Source: a virus. Taken from it: a stretch of DNA of 46,486 bases. Within the stretch, counting starts at the first letter, position 1; each line of letters starts with the position of its first letter. The notes under the pieces are model-generated. The model ran no database searches. It saw only the letters and a program-made list of their open reading frames with translations, and had not been told where the DNA came from. Below, piece by piece: positions 9,440 to 17,146 of the stretch. A program made the position numbers and the translations under genes. The stretch lies in the IMG/VR virus record IMGVR_UViG_3300010265_000001; one strand, given 5' to 3'.

Positions 9440-10117
9440 TTGGCAGTTATAGCAAAATGGAGGACAAAACAATGGGAGGTAACGCCGAAGAAAGTGCTCA
9501 CACTCACCGGGCTCTCTACCTCCTATGAGTTAAAAGCAGAGACCAACACAGACCTCGAGGACTCTCCAGCAACCAATGAGCGAGGCCGGAAGCTGGTGCC
9601 TCTGTCATTCACCACCGAGCTCAATGCAGCTCTCGGCGTCAATGTCGAGGCAGAGATCAAAGAGTGGGAACAGCTGGTCGGCAAGTCCGACTATTTTTAT
9701 TTGTCCGGCAAGAAGTTCGGGCCAAAGTTCCAGCTCAAGAGGATCGACCTGAGCGACGTGCTGCTGGATGACTTCGGCCGGATGCACCGGGCCAAGCTCG
9801 GCATGACCTTCGAGGAAATCGCAGAAGAAAAAAAGGCCACCGGAACAGGGACGGCCCTGACCGTCGGCCCATCATCAGCAACAAAAGCAGAAGTCAAACC
9901 GACGAACACCGCGCTCCAGAAAGCAAGCAGCACTACCATGAAAGTCGGCAGCAAGGTCAAGATCGTCGGTTCCAACTATGCAACCGGCCAAAAGATCCCC
10001 GGGTGGGTGAAAGACCGCACGCACGTCGTCTCTCAAATCAAGAACGACAGGGCGCTGCTCGGACATCCGGACGGGATCAACAGCTGGGTATATACAAAAG
10101 ACTTATCGCTCGCGTAA
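9440..10117 (+). CDS. Baseplate/tail protein with a C-terminal domain shared with the endolysin (putative cell-wall-binding module)
   Basis: 225 aa, TTG start after aaaggagg. The C-terminal roughly 58 aa (KVGSKVKI...TGQKIPGWVK...) is homologous to the endolysin C-terminus. Confidence 0.6.
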   Translation: MAVIAKWRTKQWEVTPKKVLTLTGLSTSYELKAETNTDLEDSPATNERGRKLVPLSFTTELNAALGVNVEAEIKEWEQLVGKSDYFYLSGKKFGPKFQLKRIDLSDVLLDDFGRMHRAKLGMTFEEIAEEKKATGTGTALTVGPSSATKAEVKPTNTALQKASSTTMKVGSKVKIVGSNYATGQKIPGWVKDRTHVVSQIKNDRALLGHPDGINSWVYTKDLSLA

Positions 10118-10131
10118 AGGAGGAATGCGTA

Positions 10132-10428
10132 TTGAAAGCAAAAGGCAACAGCAGGCCAGAGCTCTGCGCGGCCAACCTGCTGCGAATAGCTCGCGGAGAG
10201 GTTCCATATGAGCGCACCAAAGGGCTGAGCATCGCAAACATCGACTCGCCGGCAACAACCGCCGGAAGTGATGCGGCAGCCGACGCCGCATGGCTCCTCG
10301 AGAACTTTGAGCCGCGCATTGATGTCGACAGCGTGAACATAGGATCCATCGCGACCATCACCGGCGACTTCCTTCTGGACGCAGGCATCACCATCAACCA
10401 TGCAAAGGAGGGAGACGCAAATGCCTGA
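10132..10428 (+). CDS. Baseplate wedge protein W/gp25-like
   Basis: About 98 aa, TTG start after aaaggagg. Position is just upstream of the J-like gene and the size is typical of the GPW_gp25 family. Confidence 0.55.
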   Translation: MKAKGNSRPELCAANLLRIARGEVPYERTKGLSIANIDSPATTAGSDAAADAAWLLENFEPRIDVDSVNIGSIATITGDFLLDAGITINHAKEGDANA

Positions 10429-11770
10429 TCTTAATTTTATAACGACAGACTCGCAGGAAATCCACGCGACGATCATTGGCGAGCTGGAAAACGGCGTGGC
10501 TGAGCCGTTATACCCCGGGGACGAGCGTCGCCTGTTCGGGGAGGCTCTCGTCCCTCTTTTTGTGGCCATGTATAACGCCGTCAATGACGCAGCTCGTCAA
10601 AAAATGCTCAGATATGCCCGGGGCCCTGTCCTCGATGCACTGGGCGAACGCTCCGGCGTAACAAGGCAAGAGCCGGTACCGGCAACCACGACGCTGCGCT
10701 TCTCGATGAACGCGCCAGTCGAGTGGAATGTGATCATCCCAGCCGGCACCAGAGTCACCAATGACAATGTCAGGTACTTCGCGACAGACACCACGGCCGT
10801 CATTATGGCCGGAGCGACTTCCGTGACAGTACAGGCAACCAGTACGGAAGGCGGCACAATATACAACGACATCAAGATCGGCGACATCAACGTCATCGTC
10901 GACCTGATCCCGTATGTGGATAGTGTGGAAAACATAACAACCACCGCCGGGGGCAGCGACGAGGAAAGCGACGACAGTCTCCGGGAAAGGATCCGAAACG
11001 CGCCTTCCAAATTATCGACAGCCGGGCCAGTAAACGCCTACAAATACTGGGCTAAATCCGCAGACCCAACGATCTCCGACGTGGTCGTACAGAACGAAAA
11101 AGAAACCATCTCTCGGATGCTCCCCGTCTCTGCCGGCAAGGCATATAAAGGCGGCAGCAACCTACTGCCCGACACCCTGAAGGTGTATGCATCCGGAAGC
11201 TCTACGCCGGCCGCAGCCGGAACGGACTATACTGCAACATACGAGGACGAGCTGCTCACCATTACGATGAAACCGGGCGGCGCCCTTGAGTCTGCTGAGG
11301 AAATCGGCATCGAAATCGACCGGACAATGGACGGCCGGGTGAAGATCGTGCCGATCTGCTACGGTGGAGTTATACCGAGCCAAGGCATCCTCGACAAGGT
11401 GCTCGCTGCGTGCAGCGCTGACGACGTCAGGCCGCTCACCGACCATGTGATCGTCGAAGCTCCAAGCGTCCACTATTATGACATTGAGCTCAAATACTAC
11501 ACGACGGCCGCGGACGAAAGCAGGGCCATCGAGACCATTGAGGGCCCCGGTGGAGCTATTGACCAGTATATCTACTGGCAAGACTCGGCACTGGATCGCG
11601 ACATCAACCCCGACAAGCTGCGCGCCCTGATCCTCGCCCCTTCATGGGCCAGCGATCTGGTCGGTGCGGTTCGCGTGGACATCATCAAGCCGACATTTAC
11701 AGAACTATCAGAGACGACCGTGGCCAAACACAGCGGATCGCTCGTTGTCTCTCACGAGGTGGTGGTATGA
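10421..11770 (+). CDS. Baseplate J-like protein
   Basis: 449 aa starting MPDLNFITTDSQEI...AEPLYPGDERRLFGEAL, typical of Baseplate_J. RBS aaggaggga. Confidence 0.8.
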   Translation: MPDLNFITTDSQEIHATIIGELENGVAEPLYPGDERRLFGEALVPLFVAMYNAVNDAARQKMLRYARGPVLDALGERSGVTRQEPVPATTTLRFSMNAPVEWNVIIPAGTRVTNDNVRYFATDTTAVIMAGATSVTVQATSTEGGTIYNDIKIGDINVIVDLIPYVDSVENITTTAGGSDEESDDSLRERIRNAPSKLSTAGPVNAYKYWAKSADPTISDVVVQNEKETISRMLPVSAGKAYKGGSNLLPDTLKVYASGSSTPAAAGTDYTATYEDELLTITMKPGGALESAEEIGIEIDRTMDGRVKIVPICYGGVIPSQGILDKVLAACSADDVRPLTDHVIVEAPSVHYYDIELKYYTTAADESRAIETIEGPGGAIDQYIYWQDSALDRDINPDKLRALILAPSWASDLVGAVRVDIIKPTFTELSETTVAKHSGSLVVSHEVVV

Positions 11771-12573
11771 TGCGGCTATCAGATGCAGACATCCGGAAGC
11801 TGATCCCGATATTCATGCGGGATGATGCAGCCGTCGAGGCTCTGGCCAAAGCGGTCAATAAACTAATCACGGAACCCGGCAGCAAGGTCAAGCAGCTGCG
11901 GACATGGGATAAGATCGACGAGCTTGACGATGCGGAACTTGACGAGCTGGCGTGGGAGCTAAATGTCGACTGGTACAGCTCGGCCCTTCCTCTGGATCGA
12001 AAGCGCGAAACGATCAAAGTCTCGGATCTGGTTCACTCAAAGCGCGGTACCAAGCGAGCCGTTGAGCAGCTGGTCAGCGCTTACTTCGGCAGCGGTTACG
12101 TTCAGGAGTGGTTTGATGCAGTGTACCCCTTCGAGGCAGCTCCTTACCACTTCATCGTCCTGACATCAAACAAGGACATGACGGACGAAATATTTCAAGA
12201 GTTCCGCAGGATCGCCACCGAAGCCAAAAGTGCCCGCTCTATACTTGACGGCATTTTCTACTATGAGGAGTGCGGTGCTGTCATCATAGCAGCCAGAACG
12301 GTGGAGCCTACGGTTTTTAATTTTCCTAAGTGCGGGACAAGACACAAGCCCGCATATCTCGGAAAAATCATAGAGAGAGCCGCAGAAGCCAGCCGTGTGA
12401 TAACCAGCACAGCCTTCAACTTCAGTAAGGCCGGCACAACAAAGGCAGGGCTCAACCATAAGCCGGCTGTGATCGGGAAAGTTATGGAAGCCGCAGCTGC
12501 CACCGCTGGCGCATCCATAACGAAGCAGGCGTTCAACTTCATAAAATGCGGCACTCGCAAAACAATGCAGTAA
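11767..12573 (+). CDS. Tail protein I-like (P2 gpI family) with a C-terminal triple repeat
   Basis: 268 aa, ATGATG overlap with the J-like gene. LIPIFMRDD...ELDELAWELNVDWY is typical of phage tail protein I. The C-terminus has 3 FNFxKxGT repeats. Confidence 0.7.
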   Translation: MMRLSDADIRKLIPIFMRDDAAVEALAKAVNKLITEPGSKVKQLRTWDKIDELDDAELDELAWELNVDWYSSALPLDRKRETIKVSDLVHSKRGTKRAVEQLVSAYFGSGYVQEWFDAVYPFEAAPYHFIVLTSNKDMTDEIFQEFRRIATEAKSARSILDGIFYYEECGAVIIAARTVEPTVFNFPKCGTRHKPAYLGKIIERAAEASRVITSTAFNFSKAGTTKAGLNHKPAVIGKVMEAAAATAGASITKQAFNFIKCGTRKTMQ

Positions 12574-12587
12574 AGGAGGCGAAACCA

Positions 12588-12902
12588 GTGGCATTTTACA
12601 CAAGTAATTTTCTGGCCAAGAGGAGAACGTGGTGGATGAAAAACATCCACAAAGTTCAGGCCAAAGTCGGCAGCAACTATGTCGACGGCACCATCCAAAG
12701 GAAAGTCATCGAAGGCAACAACATCGTGATCCATGCTGTTTTTAGCAGCGCAAACGTCGGGGCCCCTGCCACTATTACAGGGATAAGGATCATCGACATC
12801 GACGGCGAGGTGGCAGCTGAACAGCCCGACAATGTCTCGATCGCATCCGGACAGGGTGCAATATTCAAGATAACGCTCCCCATCATAGAGGGCGCGGTGT
12901 AA
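12588..12902 (+). CDS. Hypothetical tail-distal protein
   Basis: 104 aa, GTG start 8 nt after aaaggagg. Confidence 0.45.
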   Translation: MAFYTSNFLAKRRTWWMKNIHKVQAKVGSNYVDGTIQRKVIEGNNIVIHAVFSSANVGAPATITGIRIIDIDGEVAAEQPDNVSIASGQGAIFKITLPIIEGAV

Positions 12903-12916
12903 AGGAGGCGAAATGA

Positions 12917-13324
12917 ATGTATAGAGCGATCAACTGGGTGGATCATGTCGAAGGCGTTCAGGAAGGCACCGACCAAAGCGCTGAAAACTTCAACACCATG
13001 GACGCCGGGATCTTTGAGTCCATCGCACTCAACGGCCTGCTTGCCATGAGAGCAAGGCTGCAGCGTGATGCACAGATCGAGGCCGAGGTCGTGGCTATTG
13101 ATAAGACACTCACCGGCACGTCGGAACATAATGTGGACATACCGGCGACCAAAACAAGGAACCGCACCACCTACAACGTGACGGCCGAAATAACAGGCGC
13201 AACCGGCGGCACTGTCGGGGACATTATCGTCACCACAAAACAGGCCAATGGCTTCAAGGTGAGGTATAGCGGTTCGGCTTCCAGTGTAACGCTGAGACTG
13301 AAGGTTCAAGGAGGTATGATGTAA
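12917..13324 (+). CDS. Hypothetical tail-distal/fibre-associated protein
   Basis: 135 aa, RBS aaaggagg. Confidence 0.5.
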   Translation: MYRAINWVDHVEGVQEGTDQSAENFNTMDAGIFESIALNGLLAMRARLQRDAQIEAEVVAIDKTLTGTSEHNVDIPATKTRNRTTYNVTAEITGATGGTVGDIIVTTKQANGFKVRYSGSASSVTLRLKVQGGMM

Positions 13325-13495
13325 ATGGCTAACGTCATAATCAAGACAGACGAACAAAGGGCCCATGAGGCCATGATCCTGAAAAGCTACGGGGTAAACC
13401 CTGAGAGAGCAACTGCTGAGCAGCGGGAATGCGCAAGAGAAATCTCAAGGCATACCGCTGAAATAAAAAAAGAAATGGAGGCTAACAGAATATGA
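13325..13495 (+). CDS. Small hypothetical protein (56 aa, below the ORF-track cutoff)
   Basis: Translated by hand as MANVIIKTDEQRAHEAMILKSYGVNPERATAEQRECAREISRHTAEIKKEMEANRI. It starts immediately after the upstream stop codon (no gap) and shares an ATGA overlap with the downstream gene. Confidence 0.45.
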   Translation: MANVIIKTDEQRAHEAMILKSYGVNPERATAEQRECAREISRHTAEIKKEMEANRI

Positions 13496-13788
13496 TTATT
13501 AGAGAACAGAACGAAGGCCCGAAAATCCCCTACACGGTGGACGGCAACAGGATCACGTTCGGAGACGACGAGATCACCCTCAACCTCATAAAGTACGAGA
13601 GGGACGAGGCTCAGACTATCGACATATGCAGGGATGACGATAAGATCCTGATCGCTGGCCCTTCAAAGTATTTTGTAGCAAATATCAACATCCCGGCCAG
13701 ACAGTACGAAGATCCGGAGAAAACCATCCCCATCCCCTTCTCGATGGACAACGTCGAGCTCGTTTTGTGGGCTCTTGTGGAGGTGTAA
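13492..13788 (+). CDS. Hypothetical protein upstream of the DGR target
   Basis: 98-aa ORF, translationally coupled. Confidence 0.5.
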   Translation: MIIREQNEGPKIPYTVDGNRITFGDDEITLNLIKYERDEAQTIDICRDDDKILIAGPSKYFVANINIPARQYEDPEKTIPIPFSMDNVELVLWALVEV

Positions 13789-13791
13789 ATC

Positions 13792-14880
13792 ATGGCTATA
13801 ACAAACAGAGACTTTGATGTCGCCGTTCGCCTGCTGAGCGGCGGCACAAATGAAGCGATTTACAACGACGTCGGCCTCCCGTCCATCATGGTGAGGAAGG
13901 ATAAAAAGCAGATCTCCGAAGTCATAGCCGGAGGCAGCGCAAGCACTCACCCGGCCTTTATAGTGGACGGCGTCGAGGTTCCTTCCTTCTACATCAGCAA
14001 GTTCCAAAATGTAGTATATAAAGGCAGAGCCTACTCTCTGCCTATGCAGGATCCCGGAAACTCCATAAACTTCGACAACGCAAAGGCAGCCTGCGAGGCG
14101 AATGGCCCGGGCTTCCACCTTCCGACTATTGCCGAATATGCCTTTATTGCACAGGAGGCAAGGAACCGCGGAACGATGCCGAGGGGCAACAACAACTACG
14201 GCAAAGATCACTCGGCCCCATGGGAAACGGGTATACCGACATATATCGACGGCGAAGGAAGAGTTTGCAGAGTGGCCACAGGTTCCGGCCCAGTCTCATG
14301 GTCAGATAACTGGCAAGAAGATGGCATATGGGACTTGAATGGCAACGTCCACGAGTGGCAAGGTGGATACAGGACGGTCGACGGGGAAATCCAGATCATA
14401 CCCGACAACAATGCAGCCATGCAGATAAACCAAAACCCTGATAGCACGTTCTGGAAGGCAATTATGCCGGACGGTTCACTGGTGGCTCCGGGTACACCCG
14501 GGACACTAAAATGGGACTACTTAAACCCGGTGCCAGTAGGAGGAACGGGAGAGTATGCCTTCAGGCTGAACACGGTAATCGCAAACCCGGCAGACAATGA
14601 GACGGCATATGGATCAGTCTTGTTTCACGCCTTAACAGCAGCCGACGGCGTAAATGTTCCGGAGCTCCTAAAAGTCCTCTGTCTATTCCCTAACGAGCCG
14701 GGCGGCGACTATGGAAACGACAGGCTATATATGAGGAACATCGGAGAGCGGCTCGCGGCTCGTGGCGGCCGCTGGTCCAGCGCGTCGAGCGCTGGTGTGT
14801 TCTGCACGGGCGGCAACGCCCCTCGGTCGCACGTCGGCGCGTACATCGGCTTCCGCTCCGCTTACATTCCGGGGATCTGA
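13792..14880 (+). CDS. DGR target protein 1: FGE/C-type-lectin-fold putative receptor-binding protein with C-terminal VR1
   Basis: 362 aa. The C-terminus ...ERLAARGGRWSSASSAGVFCTGGNAPRSHVGAYIGFRSAYIPGI has the FGE-sulfatase-type CLec signature. Its last roughly 117 nt match the TR. Confidence 0.9.
   Translation: MAITNRDFDVAVRLLSGGTNEAIYNDVGLPSIMVRKDKKQISEVIAGGSASTHPAFIVDGVEVPSFYISKFQNVVYKGRAYSLPMQDPGNSINFDNAKAACEANGPGFHLPTIAEYAFIAQEARNRGTMPRGNNNYGKDHSAPWETGIPTYIDGEGRVCRVATGSGPVSWSDNWQEDGIWDLNGNVHEWQGGYRTVDGEIQIIPDNNAAMQINQNPDSTFWKAIMPDGSLVAPGTPGTLKWDYLNPVPVGGTGEYAFRLNTVIANPADNETAYGSVLFHALTAADGVNVPELLKVLCLFPNEPGGDYGNDRLYMRNIGERLAARGGRWSSASSAGVFCTGGNAPRSHVGAYIGFRSAYIPGI
14746..14862 (+). repeat. 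DGR variable region VR1
   Basis: Hand alignment of 117 nt to TR 15322-15438 gives 16 differences. 14 are at TR adenines and 2 at TR thymines. Confidence 0.9.
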
Positions 14881-14911
14881 GATCTGCCAATCTGAAAATC
14901 TGACAAGGGCG
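14863..14911 (+). promoter_or_regulatory. Conserved 3' flank of VR1 with four phased ATCTG repeats (candidate DGR target-recognition element)
   Basis: tacattccggggATCTGagATCTGccaATCTGaaaATCTGacaaggg aligns with the flank of VR2 (24370-24418) and has the same 7/8/8-nt spacing. The TR has no such flank. Confidence 0.6.
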
Positions 14912-14931
14912 TCCCGCCAAAGGACGCCCTT
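14905..14931 (+). other. GC-rich hairpin downstream of VR1 (DGR-associated stem-loop and/or weak terminator)
   Basis: aagggcgtcc / ggacgccctt forms a perfect 10-bp stem with a 7-nt loop. No strong T-tract follows. Confidence 0.6.
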
Positions 14932-14950
14932 CCATATTTGAGGTGAACAC

Positions 14951-15292
14951 ATGGCCGATTTTATACTACAACAGCGAATAAACCGCATGATCCTGAAATC
15001 GACGCCCCGCATCATGAACATGAAGAAGCCCGAGAAGTTCGTCCTCGGCGCTGCGATCCGGGAAAGCGAATACAAGATCCTGCGGCTTACTATACTCGGG
15101 AACAAGACAAGAGACAGCAAAAGACCGTACCAGATGGAGATCGACGCAGAGCTCGAAGTTCTACGGGCCTATATTGATATAGCAGTCGCACCAGAGGCAC
15201 GGCTTATTTCCACGGGTGTGCATGAGGAATGGTCGAAGGAAATCAACGAGATCGGCCGCCTCCTCGGCAAGTGGATAAAATCCACTAAATAG
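14951..15292 (+). CDS. avd: DGR accessory variability determinant (Avd, four-helix-bundle protein)
   Basis: 113 aa, basic and helical, located between the target gene and the TR as in the BPP-1 mtd-avd-TR-brt layout. Confidence 0.8.
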   Translation: MADFILQQRINRMILKSTPRIMNMKKPEKFVLGAAIRESEYKILRLTILGNKTRDSKRPYQMEIDAELEVLRAYIDIAVAPEARLISTGVHEEWSKEINEIGRLLGKWIKSTK

Positions 15293-15321
15293 CACCTGCG
15301 GGGGATGCGCCGAATAAAATC

Positions 15322-15438
15322 GAGCGGCTCGCGTATCGTGGCGGCAACTGGAACAACACGTCGAACGCTGGTGTGTTCTACATGAACGGCAACAACCCTC
15401 GGTCGAACGTCGGCGCGTACATCGGCTTCCGCTCCGCT
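15322..15438 (+). repeat. DGR template repeat (TR)
   Basis: A non-coding copy of the VRs. It is rich in AAC codons in the VR frame: 8 AAC and 23 adenines by hand count. Confidence 0.9.
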
Positions 15439-15648
15439 CTGGCCTGAATGTTAGAAGCCTGTCGCTCAAGGGCGAAGGACAACGCCAAGGCCAAAGGGGC
15501 GCATCTCCCTACCTCCTGAGTAAACAGGGGGCAAAAGATTAAATTGCCATGAAGGCAGGCGCGCCGGGAGACCGGACTCGGAAGCTACCAACCCAAAAGC
15601 AGCCTCCGGGTATTGCCACGCATGGCGTCAATATTGTGAGGGAGACAG
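15439..15648 (+). ncRNA. DGR RNA spacer region between the TR and the RT (part of the TR-containing template/primer RNA)
   Basis: A 210-nt non-coding gap with several short hairpins. Its position corresponds to the Sp region of characterised DGRs. Confidence 0.55.
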
Positions 15649-16764
15649 ATGGCAAAAATATCAAACATTTACAAGGACATTTACAGCTGGGACAACCTCT
15701 ACAACGCGTACAGAGAGGCAGCTCGCGGCAAATGGTTCAGGGATGACGTGGCGCGCTTTACGGCTCACCTCGATGAAAACCTGATCCAGCTCCAAAACGA
15801 GCTCATGTGGCACACCTACAAGGTCGGCCGGTACCGCGAGTTCTATGTCTACGAGCCTAAAAAGCGCCTGATCATGGCGCTGCAATTCAGGGATCGCGTC
15901 GTGCAGTGGGCTATATACCGGCAAATCAACCACCTATTTGATAAGCAATTCATTTATGACTCTTACGGCTGCCGGGAAGGCAAGGGAACCCACCGAGCAG
16001 CTGACCGCCTTCAATACTGGATGCGGGCAGTCGACAGAAAGCCGAGTGAATGGTATTACCTGAAGCTCGACATCAGCAAATATTTTTACCGTGTAGATCA
16101 CCGGACACTCATGGACATCCTGCGCCGGAAAATTGACGACGAGGATCTCCTCTGGCTGCTCGGTACGATCATTAACTGCGAGCATACGGCCTTCGGCCTG
16201 CCGCTGGGCCTGAGCCCTGACCAATGCGACAAGGCTGACCGACTCATGGAGGTCGGGATGCCGATCGGCAACCTGACGAGCCAACTGTTCGCAAATATCT
16301 ACCTCAACGAGCTCGATCAATTCGCAAAGCACGAGCTCCGGCTCCGTTATTACATCAGGTACATGGATGACGTGATCATCCTGCACCAAGACAAGAAATA
16401 TCTGCACGAGGTAAAGGACAGGATCGAGGTATTCCTCAACGAGGAGCTCAGGCTCCACCTGAACAACAAGACGGCCATCCGGAAAGTGAAGTCCGGGATC
16501 GAGTTCGTTGGCTTCAGGATATTTCCGACGCATCGGAAGTACAAGAAGAAATCCCTGCGCAAACTCATGAGCCGGCTGAAATATGTGGCCAAAGAGTACG
16601 CAGCGGGACGCATGAGTCTCGAGAAGGTCAACGCCACAGTCCAGTCCTATTATGGAGCTATGCAGCACTTCAACAGCTACGGCCTGCGCCGTAAATTGTC
16701 ACAAACGGTGGTGTTCAAGAGAACGACACCAGAAATGGAGGGATCCGACGATGCACAGAACTGA
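15649..16764 (+). CDS. DGR reverse transcriptase
   Basis: 371 aa. It has the YMDD box (YIRYMDDVIIL) and the DGR-type motif PIGNLTSQLFANIYLNELD (SQ in place of the group II intron QG). Confidence 0.92.
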   Translation: MAKISNIYKDIYSWDNLYNAYREAARGKWFRDDVARFTAHLDENLIQLQNELMWHTYKVGRYREFYVYEPKKRLIMALQFRDRVVQWAIYRQINHLFDKQFIYDSYGCREGKGTHRAADRLQYWMRAVDRKPSEWYYLKLDISKYFYRVDHRTLMDILRRKIDDEDLLWLLGTIINCEHTAFGLPLGLSPDQCDKADRLMEVGMPIGNLTSQLFANIYLNELDQFAKHELRLRYYIRYMDDVIILHQDKKYLHEVKDRIEVFLNEELRLHLNNKTAIRKVKSGIEFVGFRIFPTHRKYKKKSLRKLMSRLKYVAKEYAAGRMSLEKVNATVQSYYGAMQHFNSYGLRRKLSQTVVFKRTTPEMEGSDDAQN

Positions 16765-16779
16765 AGGAGGTGGCAGCCT

Positions 16780-17130
16780 ATGGCCGACATAAGCACAGTC
16801 ATCGCGGTCGTGGGCTGCGCTCTATCTCTCGCCGGCTTCTGGATAGGCCGAGCGACAGCTCACAGAACCGAGGGAAAGGAGGCCGGCAGTCTGGCGACTG
16901 ACCTGAAATACATCAAGGAGAGCGTCGAACGTATCGAGACACGCCTGAACGATGACGTCAAGCGTCTCGAGGGCAGGATCGACGAGCTCAGCAACCAGCT
17001 TGTCACTATTGCAGGCACAGCGGCCAAGGGCTACGAGTCCGCAAAGATGGAGCACAACCGGCTCAACGAACACCTCGAAAGAGACCACGGGCAAACCGTT
17101 GTCAGGGCACGAAACTCATTAAACGAGTAA
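16780..17130 (+). CDS. Membrane-anchored coiled-coil protein (lysis-cassette accessory, function unknown)
   Basis: 116 aa with an N-terminal TM helix (ISTVIAVVGCALSLAGFWIG) followed by a coiled coil. Confidence 0.5.
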   Translation: MADISTVIAVVGCALSLAGFWIGRATAHRTEGKEAGSLATDLKYIKESVERIETRLNDDVKRLEGRIDELSNQLVTIAGTAAKGYESAKMEHNRLNEHLERDHGQTVVRARNSLNE

Positions 17131-17146
17131 AAGGAGGGAAACGAGA

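Noticed and set aside
15322-15447. TR read as the C-terminal remnant of a third target gene (open frame ERLAYRGGNWNNTSNAGVFYMNGNNPRSNVGAYIGFRSALA-stop)
   Set aside because: There is no upstream coding sequence, since avd ends 29 nt before it. The AAC richness and the position next to the RT identify it as the template, not a pseudogene.
15549-15746. 65-aa ORF inside the TR-RT spacer, overlapping the RT start
   Set aside because: No RBS, basic low-complexity sequence. The region is expected to be structured DGR RNA.
15934-16668. 244-aa minus-strand ORF opposite the reverse transcriptase
   Set aside because: The RT motifs are on the + strand, so the antisense frame is spurious.
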